Assembly (NCBI GenBank): GCA_020632555.1
Contig: JACKFI010000001.1
Coordinates: forward strand, 133,152-197,151
Length of the DNA: 64,000 nucleotides
Source: Candidatus Omnitrophota bacterium
GTDB lineage: Bacteria > Omnitrophota > Gorgyraeia > Zapsychrales > JANLHA01
Reading direction: 5' to 3'
The notes beneath the pieces were generated by a model. That model did no database searches, was not told the DNA's origin, and worked only from the letters and a program-made list of their open reading frames with translations. The position numbers were made by a program, and so were the translations under genes. This document shows, one piece after another, positions 30,018 to 38,471 of this stretch (positions are counted from its first letter, which is position 1; each line of letters begins with the position of its first letter).

Positions 30018-30443
30018 CTATATGAGTTTTTCCATTTTTTCTATAGCAGCATAGTAAATACTCAAAAACTTATCTTTTATTGTAAAAAGCTCGTCCATCA
30101 TTTTTTCAGAATGGGACTTATTCTCATATTCAAAAGGATAAAACCGAATACCCTTTTTATAAAATCCGCCTTCATAATTAATTTGAAAAAAATAATCTCG
30201 GTCAACAAGAGATCGATGCTTACTCAAGTTACAAAAACTCCTCACGTAGCCAAACTCATCTGAGTCAATCCATTCTCCTATAGCATTCTCTAAATCCGGA
30301 GCGATACCTTTCAATTGTTTACTCACTTTATAAATTGTAACTTTGCTTCGGGGCAGCGTAGAAGATAGGATTACCATATTGATTACCTGTGCGCAAATAT
30401 CAGGAGCCAAAGAGAATATTTCCAAACGTGCCATATTCAGCAC
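30018..30443 (-). CDS. Hypothetical protein
   Basis: 141-aa ORF beginning 103 nt downstream of rtcA on the same strand. No recognisable motif. Confidence 0.4.
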   Translation of the reverse strand: MLNMARLEIFSLAPDICAQVINMVILSSTLPRSKVTIYKVSKQLKGIAPDLENAIGEWIDSDEFGYVRSFCNLSKHRSLVDRDYFFQINYEGGFYKKGIRFYPFEYENKSHSEKMMDELFTIKDKFLSIYYAAIEKMEKLI

Positions 30444-30546
30444 AAACCTGCCGAAGGACGAGCAAGTCCGCCAGAAGCAAATGAACCCGACACTCCTGGA
30501 AATGTTCTCTTTTACTCTCTTTTGAGTTTCTTTAGAATTTTATTTT

Positions 30547-31560
30547 TCATATTGAAACGTGGCATTGCCCATTGCCAAGATCAACAAAATTAATTTTAAC
30601 ATCCATGAACTTCTCAATAATCTCGGCATTGGTAAGGCTGTGCAGCGTCAGGGCCGTAGTTTTAAATTCTCCACCTTTGGCCAAAGCAAACGGGATCAAA
30701 AGCTGATCAGCCAAATACGTCCCCACCGGAGCATCGATTTGTAAATATTTCTTTACTTGTTCAATGGCTTCATGCGCTACTGCTTCCGCGCTTTTACGCA
30801 ATTCTCCGAAACCCACAAACATTTCCCTGATATTTTCACTATCAACCTCAACCGTAAAAATATTTCCCGGACCTTGAGAATCCATGGCTTGAAAAATCTC
30901 ACTTTGATCATCTTCCAGAGAAAAATGTTTTTTAGCGACCGCGATTTCTCTGACAGCAACATTGCCAGGGATTTGGGCAAAGAGTGATCTTGCCTTTATG
31001 CCTTTAAGTTTGCCGCGCTCTAACAAAAATATGGGTTTTAATTTCTTTATAGGCACAATTTTAGCTTCGATCTTTCCGCCGCCGGCCGGGTAAAAACCGT
31101 GGCGATGCAAAGTCACTTCTAAATCCACACCCATTTGTTTGAGAATCGGCGCAAAAACTATTTTTAAAAAATCCACCGGGGGTGCGAAAGGATTATGCGT
31201 TCCTCCTTCGATCACAATTATGGATGGTGAGTCCGCGATCATCAAAGCCGGTAAAATGGTTTGCAAAACAAGAGTCGCGCTACCCGCCGTCCCAACTGAA
31301 AAATGGTATTCCCCTGCGGTGACTTCTCCCGGATAGAAAGTCAGCTTTTGCGAGCCGATAACATTCCCATCGACCTTTGCATCTCCAATCTTCGTAGCTG
31401 CTTCGACAGCCGTTAAATGCTGGCGTAAAAGCCCCGGCTTACTACGCTTAGCGCGGATATTCTCAATCGTAAACGGCTCGCCCGTTACTAAGGACAACCC
31501 GAGAGCTGTCCTTAGTATTTGGCCCCCGCCTTCACCGATTGAACCGTCGATTTTAATCAT
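30547..31560 (-). CDS. rtcA: RNA 3'-terminal phosphate cyclase RtcA
   Basis: 337 aa. MIKIDGSIGEGGGQILRTALGLSLVTGEPFTIENIRAKRSKPGLLRQHL, HRHGFYPAGGG, YLADQLLIPFALA. ATGA overlap with the upstream SPFH gene. Confidence 0.92.
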   Translation of the reverse strand: MIKIDGSIGEGGGQILRTALGLSLVTGEPFTIENIRAKRSKPGLLRQHLTAVEAATKIGDAKVDGNVIGSQKLTFYPGEVTAGEYHFSVGTAGSATLVLQTILPALMIADSPSIIVIEGGTHNPFAPPVDFLKIVFAPILKQMGVDLEVTLHRHGFYPAGGGKIEAKIVPIKKLKPIFLLERGKLKGIKARSLFAQIPGNVAVREIAVAKKHFSLEDDQSEIFQAMDSQGPGNIFTVEVDSENIREMFVGFGELRKSAEAVAHEAIEQVKKYLQIDAPVGTYLADQLLIPFALAKGGEFKTTALTLHSLTNAEIIEKFMDVKINFVDLGNGQCHVSI

Positions 31561-32306
31561 TTGACCTCTTTGGTTCTCACCGGAACGACTTGACCCGATA
31601 CTCCTAAGACAATCGTACTTCCCGGTGATTGTAAAGCTCGCAATTGCAATAACGCAGGATTGTCTTCCAACACTTTAGAAACATTGGCCAAATTGCGCAA
31701 AGACGCGGTTTCTCCGCGGGCACGTTCCAATGCCGCCAACCCTTCTTTTTGCGCCTCAACAACCTTAGCAAAGATTTTCTTTAATTCACCCGGAAACATA
31801 ACGTCCTTAACGCCGATGAGCGTAATTTTTAAACCGATTTCCTTCGCTTTGGCAACCGTCGCTTCCATCAACTTTTGATTAATCGTTGCTCGCTGTGCCA
31901 AAACCTCATCGATCGCTAAAGAGCCAATGATGTCACGAACTGCCAATTGTACCACCGCGTATAAAGCCTCGGTGTAACTAGCGATCTTATTAACGGCGAT
32001 GTTGGCATCTTCGATCTCATATTGCGCCGTAATGCTGACCTTTAAGGACACATTGTCCGAACTTAAGACTTCCTGCCCCGGGATCGTGATGACTCGAGGA
32101 CGAACATCGATCTTAACGATGATCGTATTCTGAGAAAACTTAAAATAACGACCCGGTTCCAAAATTCCGACAAATTTTCCCTTGCGATATTTTAAACCCT
32201 TCTCATATTCAAGAATAGTGACAAAATATTTTGCACTAAAAACCGCAATGACGACCCAACCGATAAAGCCGAGCACCGCCATGCTTACTAATGTTGATAA
32301 TGTCAT
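31557..32306 (-). CDS. SPFH/band-7 (stomatin/slipin-like) membrane protein
   Basis: 249 aa. N-terminal TM helix. SPFH core VDVRPRVITIPGQEVLSSDNVSLKVSITAQYEI, then a coiled AKVVEAQKEGLAALERARGETA segment. Confidence 0.85.
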   Translation of the reverse strand: MTLSTLVSMAVLGFIGWVVIAVFSAKYFVTILEYEKGLKYRKGKFVGILEPGRYFKFSQNTIIVKIDVRPRVITIPGQEVLSSDNVSLKVSITAQYEIEDANIAVNKIASYTEALYAVVQLAVRDIIGSLAIDEVLAQRATINQKLMEATVAKAKEIGLKITLIGVKDVMFPGELKKIFAKVVEAQKEGLAALERARGETASLRNLANVSKVLEDNPALLQLRALQSPGSTIVLGVSGQVVPVRTKEVK

Positions 32307-32602
32307 TTCTTTCTCCTTTTGTTTTTAAAAGTTCTGTCTTAAAAAAATTGTAGAATCGCAGTGGAGGTTGTTGACCTGCAAGACGGCTTTTCTACGAGCA
32401 ACTTTCTTAAGACAGAACGTGGGGATTTGAACCCCTCGGATTACTCCTTGACCAGGGCGAGCGTTTATCTGCAAAATGATATGGCCGATGCCATGTCATC
32501 GCACTGGATTCGCTCGCATATTTTTTTATCCCAATTTTTGCTAAAGGATTTTGCTTTTGGTAAATTGGGATTACGCAAATTTTTTCTATCGAAAATCTGC
32601 CT
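32307..32602 (-). ncRNA. Structured non-coding spacer between rtcB and the SPFH gene, with a tRNA T-arm-like motif (candidate ncRNA or tRNA remnant)
   Basis: No ORF. On the minus strand: 10-bp hairpin ATCCCAATTT/AAATTGGGAT (32528-32571); 7-bp stem GCGAGCG/CGCTCGC (32457-32517); exact T-arm GGGGTTCAAATCCCC (rc of 32421-32435); 12-bp stem GTTCTGTCTTAA/TTAAGACAGAAC (32331-32342 with 32407-32418) followed by TTTT. Confidence 0.35.
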
Positions 32603-34120
32603 TTAAGCTGCTCCTTTTAAACTTTTATCTTCATCTTTAATAACAAACCGCGCTTTTAACTTTGCCACAGGACTCGCCAGCCCGGCGCTCTCGATTGATC
32701 TCAAAACTTCTTTGAAATCTTTATAAGCCGCAGGGGCTTCATCCAAAGGATATTGCCGGCAATTAGACAGAATGTCATTGTCTTTGAAACTCTGGTCGAC
32801 TTCCTGTTGGACCAAAGTTCTCATCGCCGCCTTCCGTCCCAACGCACGACCAGCGCCGTGATTAACGCTGTAACAACTTTTTTCTGCGCCCGGATCAGCA
32901 ACCATAACAACCGAGCCATCTTTAGGATTACCCGGAAGCAAAATCGGATGTCCGGTATCAGCAAACAAAGTGTCCTTTAATGCAAAGTGTCCCGCCGGGA
33001 AAGCCCGCGTCGCCCCTTTGCGGTGGACCCAGACTTTTTGATTGTCCACCACTTCCTGCCGGGCAATGTTATGGCTGATAAAATAAACCAACTGCCCTTT
33101 TGTTCCAGGAACCACCTCTTGAAACGCTTCTAAAACCAAAGCATTGATTAACAGATGATTGATCGTCGCAAAATTAGCGCCCAAGGCCATGTCATTCAAG
33201 TAGGCATCTGCTTCGGGCGTTCCCAAGGGCGCATACACCAACTCCTTATCCTCGCCCGGCAATGGAATATCCCAAACCGAGAATTTATTTTGCAAGGTCT
33301 TGAATTGATGCTGCGCTAAATGATAACCAAAACCGCGCGAACCGCAATGCGAGAGAAAGGCTACCTTGTTATCTTGAAGCCCAAAGACTTCGGCCACCTT
33401 CTTGGCGCGCTCATCATTCTCGATTTCAACAACTTCGCATTCTCCAAAGTGATTTCCACCACCATAAGAACCCAATTGCGAAATCTTTTTCTCAAAATTA
33501 TCGAACAATCCCGTATCGATCAAAAATTGCAATCTTTGACCTAAGGCATCGGCTGTTCCATCATGCCCGACGTGAAAAGCATCTTCGCAACGCAAAGCCC
33601 AATCCACAGGAATGCCTAATTGCTCGCAGACCGAAGCCGAAGCACCCTGGATAGCGACTTGTTTACCCAGGATTTCATTGACCCGTCTCGCCTTCTTAAC
33701 TGAACGCTGCCCCTGCCCCGCACCCGTCGGGGTTCTTTCAAGGATCGCGTTAATTAAAGCCCGACGGGTGCTTTGATCAATGACGGCATTTGCCGGCAAA
33801 TCCATTTGCAATAAACTCATCGAACACTTAATGTCCACACCAACCGGACCAGGATATATATGAGTAGGTGACACCAGAACACAACCAACCGGTGCGCCGT
33901 ACCCGCAGTGAGCATCTGGGTTCAATACTAAATCGGTAACCCCGGGAGCGCCGCGAGAATTTAAAGCTTGTTGAATACAAAGGTCATCAAAAGTTTTTCT
34001 GATCGCCTCGGTTCCAATCACCGTGATTGGTTTTCCTTCACTATTATGCATAGGAAGAAAACCCGTTGCTTCCCCGGTGGCATGAATTCTTGAAGTTGAT
34101 TCGTTCGTTTGTTCTGACAT
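32603..34120 (-). CDS. rtcB: RNA 3'-phosphate ligase RtcB
   Basis: 505 aa. DAHCGYG, HCGSRGFGYHLAQH, ISHNIARQE, VHRKGATRAFP, NHGAGR. Confidence 0.95.
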   Translation of the reverse strand: MSEQTNESTSRIHATGEATGFLPMHNSEGKPITVIGTEAIRKTFDDLCIQQALNSRGAPGVTDLVLNPDAHCGYGAPVGCVLVSPTHIYPGPVGVDIKCSMSLLQMDLPANAVIDQSTRRALINAILERTPTGAGQGQRSVKKARRVNEILGKQVAIQGASASVCEQLGIPVDWALRCEDAFHVGHDGTADALGQRLQFLIDTGLFDNFEKKISQLGSYGGGNHFGECEVVEIENDERAKKVAEVFGLQDNKVAFLSHCGSRGFGYHLAQHQFKTLQNKFSVWDIPLPGEDKELVYAPLGTPEADAYLNDMALGANFATINHLLINALVLEAFQEVVPGTKGQLVYFISHNIARQEVVDNQKVWVHRKGATRAFPAGHFALKDTLFADTGHPILLPGNPKDGSVVMVADPGAEKSCYSVNHGAGRALGRKAAMRTLVQQEVDQSFKDNDILSNCRQYPLDEAPAAYKDFKEVLRSIESAGLASPVAKLKARFVIKDEDKSLKGAA

Positions 34121-34163
34121 TTGTTTTTCCCTTATATTGCCCCTTTCCTTTATCGTTGCTTAA

Positions 34164-34192
34164 AGCATACCCTATCCAAAGCCAAATGTCAA
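34164..34192 (-). promoter_or_regulatory. sigma70-type promoter candidate for rtcB
   Basis: Minus strand reads TTGACA (rc of 34187-34192), a 17-nt spacer, then TATGCT (rc of 34164-34169), about 45 nt upstream of the rtcB ATG. Confidence 0.4.
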
Positions 34193-34243
34193 ATTTATTT
34201 TTATTTTCTTGTATAAATGTTTATCCTGTGATATATTTATACC

Positions 34244-35842
34244 ATGAATACAAAAATTGCTATTGGGCTACTTGGGACAACCCTCGATCAAGGGAAAGAT
34301 GAAAATCGCTGGAACAAGTGGCGTCCGACCATCTCCCTTTTTCAGCACGAAGACCTCTTGATCCATCGTTTTGACTTGCTATACGAAAAAAAATTTCAAG
34401 ATCTTGCCGAGCAAGTTATTTCTGACATCAAATCCATCTCCCCTGAAACCAGAGTTGTGCCCCACATTATTGAAGTGAAAGACGCGTGGGATTTTGAGAA
34501 TATGTACAGCGTCCTTTTTGACTTTGCCCGCAATTATCCTTTTAATATAGAGAAAGAAGAATATCTCATCCACATCACCACCGGATCGCACGTAGCGCAA
34601 ATTTGTGAATTTCTTTTAACTGAAAGCCGATACTTCCCAGCTAAACTCATCCAGACCTCCCCTTCCAAAACCGAAGGCTTTAAAGGCGAATACCGCATCA
34701 TTGATCTTGACCTTTCTAAGTACGACAACATCGTCAAGCGATTCCGTAAAGAACAAAGAGAAAATTTATCATTTCTTAAATCCGGGATAGCGACTCGCAA
34801 TAGTAAATATAATCGGCTCATTGAACAAATCGAACGCGCGACGATCAACTCTAATGCCCCGCTTCTTCTCACCGGCCCGACCGGTGCCGGAAAATCACAT
34901 CTTGCCCGACAAATTTTTGAACTCAAAAAGATTCACAACCAAATCAAAGGCCAATTTATCGAAGTCAACTGCGCGACTCTGCGCGGAGAAATGTCGGCCT
35001 CCACCCTTTTTGGGCATGTCAAAGGAGCATTTAACTGCGCCATCAAAGACCGAATGGGATTATTACGCGAAGCCAATGAAGGGGTTTTATTTCTCGACGA
35101 GATTGGAGAATTAGGGATCGATGAGCAAGCCATGCTTCTTAAAGCATTGGAAGAACAAAAATTCTTGCCCATCGGCAGCGACGAGGAAGTTGAAAGTAAA
35201 TTTCAGTTAATTGCCGGGACGAATTTAGACCTTGGCATTGAAGTTGATAAAGGCAATTTTCGCACCGACCTCTACTCCCGAATCAATCTTTGGACATTCT
35301 CATTGCCTTCTCTTAAGGACCGTCCTGAAGATATCGATGCCAACATTGAATTTGAATTAGAAAAGTTTTCACAAACACACAATATCAACGCCACCATCAA
35401 TAAAGAAGCCAAAGATGCCTATTTGAAATTTGCGACATCAGAGAAAGCATTATGGAAAGCGAACTTCCGTGACTTGAATGCCTCCATCATTCGCATGACC
35501 ACATTAGCCGACGGCGGGAGAATCAATATTGAACTTGTGCAGGAAGAAATTGACCGGTTAAATAAACTTTGGAAGAGAAGCGAAGATACTCAAGAAGCGG
35601 AGATACTCGAACGTTTACTAACTCAAGAACAACTGCAAAAGCTAGACCGGATTGAAAAAATCCAATTGATTGAAGTTATAAAGATTTGCCGCGAATCACG
35701 CAACCTGTCTGAAGCCGGCCGCATTTTATACAATGCTTCCCGCACACTCAAATCAAGCACCAATGACGCCGATCGACTTAAAAAACTTCTCGCCCGCCAC
35801 GATCTATCCTGGGACCAAATTAAAAACGCTTCCGTACTATGA
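34244..35842 (+). CDS. rtcR: RtcR: CARF-domain / AAA+ bacterial-enhancer-binding-type regulator of the rtc operon
   Basis: 532 aa, divergent from rtcB. N-terminal ~185 aa RtcR-type CARF region. Walker A LLTGPTGAGKSHLA. LFLDEIGELGIDEQAMLLKALEE. C-terminal HTH. The L1 loop reads GAFNCA (35024-35041) instead of GAFTGA. Confidence 0.9.
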   Translation: MNTKIAIGLLGTTLDQGKDENRWNKWRPTISLFQHEDLLIHRFDLLYEKKFQDLAEQVISDIKSISPETRVVPHIIEVKDAWDFENMYSVLFDFARNYPFNIEKEEYLIHITTGSHVAQICEFLLTESRYFPAKLIQTSPSKTEGFKGEYRIIDLDLSKYDNIVKRFRKEQRENLSFLKSGIATRNSKYNRLIEQIERATINSNAPLLLTGPTGAGKSHLARQIFELKKIHNQIKGQFIEVNCATLRGEMSASTLFGHVKGAFNCAIKDRMGLLREANEGVLFLDEIGELGIDEQAMLLKALEEQKFLPIGSDEEVESKFQLIAGTNLDLGIEVDKGNFRTDLYSRINLWTFSLPSLKDRPEDIDANIEFELEKFSQTHNINATINKEAKDAYLKFATSEKALWKANFRDLNASIIRMTTLADGGRINIELVQEEIDRLNKLWKRSEDTQEAEILERLLTQEQLQKLDRIEKIQLIEVIKICRESRNLSEAGRILYNASRTLKSSTNDADRLKKLLARHDLSWDQIKNASVL

Positions 35843-35934
35843 TCAATCCCTAATTTAATCATCCGTGATAGTTTATTTGAGAATTTATTGTAACCCCAAG
35901 AAGTGGCGTCAGGGGGGATTTTTGGTGCCAAAAC

Positions 35935-35952
35935 ATGTGCCAGATTTGTGCC
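35935..35952 (-). promoter_or_regulatory. sigma54-promoter-like motif, copy 3
   Basis: Minus strand reads TATGGCACAAATCTGGCACATGTT. Lies 25 nt downstream of the HEPN gene and points antisense into the 3' end of rtcR. No downstream minus-strand gene. Confidence 0.35.
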
Positions 35953-35976
35953 ATAGCAAAATGCCATCTTTTTGTA

Positions 35977-36384
35977 TCACTTTCCCATCATCTCTCTGAC
36001 CCATTGATAAACCCGGGTAGTCACCTTGACCATTTCATCAGCATCGGCTCGATTAACACTACGGCATTCATACTGGATCACATTCTTTCGGGCAATGATT
36101 TTGCGTAATTGCTTGGCTTTTTCAGCAGCGCCATCAATCGGCAATTTTGAAACCAGCTCACAGACATCCAAGTGATCTTGGGAAATTGACCGAACACCTT
36201 TTTCATTCACACAAATCGCATCCGCCGAAGAAATCGCACATTGCAATGCCAACGTTGCCGCGGCGTTCCAATTCTCAGCATGAAAAGCAATGAGCATTTG
36301 ATCGTAATTGTCCGATGCCTTTTTCAGATATTCACTAGCGGCAGATTTGCTCTCTTCTCTCACCTTCATTTCACGCGCTGTCAC
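35977..36384 (-). CDS. HEPN-domain protein (HepT-like toxin of a HEPN/MNT module)
   Basis: 135 aa, all-helical. Rx4-6H-type motif RSISQDH. Lies immediately downstream (1-nt gap) of the MNT gene. Confidence 0.7.
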   Translation of the reverse strand: MTAREMKVREESKSAASEYLKKASDNYDQMLIAFHAENWNAAATLALQCAISSADAICVNEKGVRSISQDHLDVCELVSKLPIDGAAEKAKQLRKIIARKNVIQYECRSVNRADADEMVKVTTRVYQWVREMMGK

Positions 36385-36385
36385 A

Positions 36386-37015
36386 TCACACCTCCAAAGG
36401 TTCTTTTCCGTATAAAACTGAATAGGATTTCATTAATGTTGATATCGGCGGAAGATTCTTTTTAAGACGTTCACGAAATTCAGCCGCTGACTTTACATAA
36501 AAATCCAAATGAATACCAAAATATGACTTAAACCGATCCGCAATGCTTGAATTAAAAACCTCCGCAACCTGCTTCGTATGGCTTGCCTTATCGACAACAA
36601 CGGCCACATCAACATCGCTTTTTTTATTTGCTGTACCTTGCTGAACACTTCCATAAAGGATCAAAGAAACAATATCCGTCTTGATCCCGCCTTTCTTTAT
36701 CTCCTCCAAGAGCAGATCGCGGATCTCTCCCTTATAATTACTCTCCGCCTCGAACATCGGGCGAATAATTTTTTGAACGATGCGGTCCTCTTCATTCAAA
36801 GAATAGATATGCTGTTTTCCGATGACTTCGACATTAAGAATATTGTGTGCCTGAAGATTCTTTAATGATTCGTGGGTAGCAGGCACAGAAAAACCAGACA
36901 ATTTAGCAATCTCGCGGCCCGTGGCTCTTAATCCTTTACGGATAGTCAGAACACGCAGGATGGCCACCGCTGACTGCGTCCCAACAATTTCACTGATTTG
37001 GAAAGGAGAATCCAT
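36386..37015 (-). CDS. Minimal nucleotidyltransferase (MntA-like antitoxin) with N-terminal winged-helix domain
   Basis: 209 aa. N-terminal wHTH (GREIAKLSGFSVPATHESLKNLQAHNIL). NTase motif LILYGSVQQGTANKKSDVDVAVVV. Confidence 0.8.
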   Translation of the reverse strand: MDSPFQISEIVGTQSAVAILRVLTIRKGLRATGREIAKLSGFSVPATHESLKNLQAHNILNVEVIGKQHIYSLNEEDRIVQKIIRPMFEAESNYKGEIRDLLLEEIKKGGIKTDIVSLILYGSVQQGTANKKSDVDVAVVVDKASHTKQVAEVFNSSIADRFKSYFGIHLDFYVKSAAEFRERLKKNLPPISTLMKSYSVLYGKEPLEV

Positions 37016-37020
37016 AAACT

Positions 37021-37058
37021 TTACCTAACATATGTAAGGTTAACCTAACACGTAAAGT
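37021..37058. promoter_or_regulatory. Candidate operator upstream of the MNT/HEPN pair
   Basis: TTACCTAACATATGTAAGGTTAACCTAACACGTAAAGT: imperfect palindrome CCTAACAT/ATGTAAGG plus a repeated ACCTAACA, starting 6 nt upstream of the MNT start codon. Confidence 0.3.
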
Positions 37059-37346
37059 ATAACATTGTTTCCAGAACTGTCAAATTTATACTGCTCCACG
37101 GTGATATACCGTATTGTGTGTAAATTAACTGTCATCCCCGAAATTTTTTATCGGGGAACCATTTAAAAGTAGTAAAAAAAGGCGTATCTTTCTGTTTGGA
37201 AATGTTTAACCGGGTTGACCCATGTCAGCCCAGAACAGAAAGGATACGCCCATGTACCAAACATTTGATACTTTAAAACATCGCGGAGCCGGGTCAAGGA
37301 TTTCATTAATTATACCCAACCGAAAGATTTTTGGATCGATATTAAT

Positions 37347-38471
37347 ATGCATCTTAGAAAACTAACCAAAAGTTTTATTGAAGAAACTCTCGACGAAGAA
37401 ATGACCCAATATCAACAACGAGAAAAACATCAGCGGTTAAAGAAAATGATCGATTACCGAAACGGACATTATCAACGCAACCTCGATACGACCATCGGCC
37501 CTCTTGATAATATTGCCGTTCCGCGTTCACGAAGCGGACTATTTAAACCTACGGTTTTTAAGCGTTACCAAAGACGCCAAGAAGCTGTTAACACCGTCAT
37601 CTGCAATGCCTTCCTGCGCGGCATATCCACCCGTGAAGTCGCTGGCGCTTTAAAACCAATCCTTGACACCAACATCTCCGCTTCCGCCGTCTCACGAATA
37701 ACAAAATCTTTAAATGCCCAAGTTAAAGCATTCCATCAACGTCAACTGCTCGACGAATATCAGTTTTTATTCCTAGACGGTATTGCTATCTCAGTCAAAG
37801 GAGCGCTTAAAGCCAAGAAAATTCTTGTCCTAACTGCTTATGGCATTACGATCTTCGGTAAAAAAGAGCTCATCGCCTTTAGAATCTCTAACAGCGAGTC
37901 AAATCAAGCCTGCGAAGGATTTTTAAATGATCTATTTAAACGCGGCCTGCAAGGCAAAAACCTTAAATTGATTATCACCGACGGGTCCAAAGGCTTTATT
38001 AACGCCGTCGACCTCGTTTACCCTCACGTCAAACATCAGCGCTGCTGGGTTCATAAACTTCGTAATTGCACTAAACATCTTAAGAAATGCGATATTGATG
38101 CATTTAAAAATGATGCCCGCAAGATTTACAATGCCTCGACTCATCGAGATGCTGTCGCGGCTTTTAAGAGTTTACGCCAACATTGGGTCAAAGATTATCC
38201 GCAAGTTGTCAAACTCATCGAACAGGATTTAGATAGTCTTTTGGCTTTTTTAGAAATTCCAATCAAGGAACAATACCGCGAATTTATCCGTCGTCGAATT
38301 CGTACAACCAACATCATCGAGCGTTCATTCCGGGAAATCAGACGCCGCACCAGACCCATGGGATGTTTTGCAAATATTGATAGCGTCAGCAGGATTATTT
38401 ATGCGATATTTAATCGCTTAAACACCAAATGGCAGGAGAAACCTTTAACCCAATTTACACAATTTATTTGA
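37347..38471 (+). mobile_element. IS256-family (mutator-type) transposase gene; IS ends not delimited
   Basis: 374 aa. FLFLDGIAISVK, IITDGSKGFINAVDLVYPHVKHQRCWVHKLRN, TTNIIERSFREIRRR (DDE region). N-terminus somewhat short for the family. I could not identify convincing terminal inverted repeats. Confidence 0.8.

Noticed and set aside
32400-32470. Calling a genuine tRNA or tmRNA gene at the T-arm motif in the rtc spacer
   Set aside because: Only the T stem-loop is present. I could not build an acceptor stem, D arm or anticodon arm from the flanking sequence in either normal or permuted order.
34160-34200. sigma54 promoter for rtcB in the rtcR-rtcB intergenic region
   Set aside because: In the best candidate (TGGATAGGGTATGC) the GG and GC elements sit one nucleotide closer than the canonical -24/-12 spacing, and it has a poor -24 box. 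A sigma70-type TTGACA-N17-TATGCT overlaps it instead.
34534-34926. Minus-strand 130-aa ORF antisense to rtcR
   Set aside because: It overlaps the Walker A region of a clearly real rtcR and has no independent support.
35623-35967. Minus-strand 114-aa ORF starting in sigma54-like motif copy 3 and running antisense through the rtcR 3' end
   Set aside because: Its first codons are simply the translation of the repeated motif (YGTNLAH), and the remainder is antisense to rtcR. I keep it only as a possible antisense transcript, not as a CDS.
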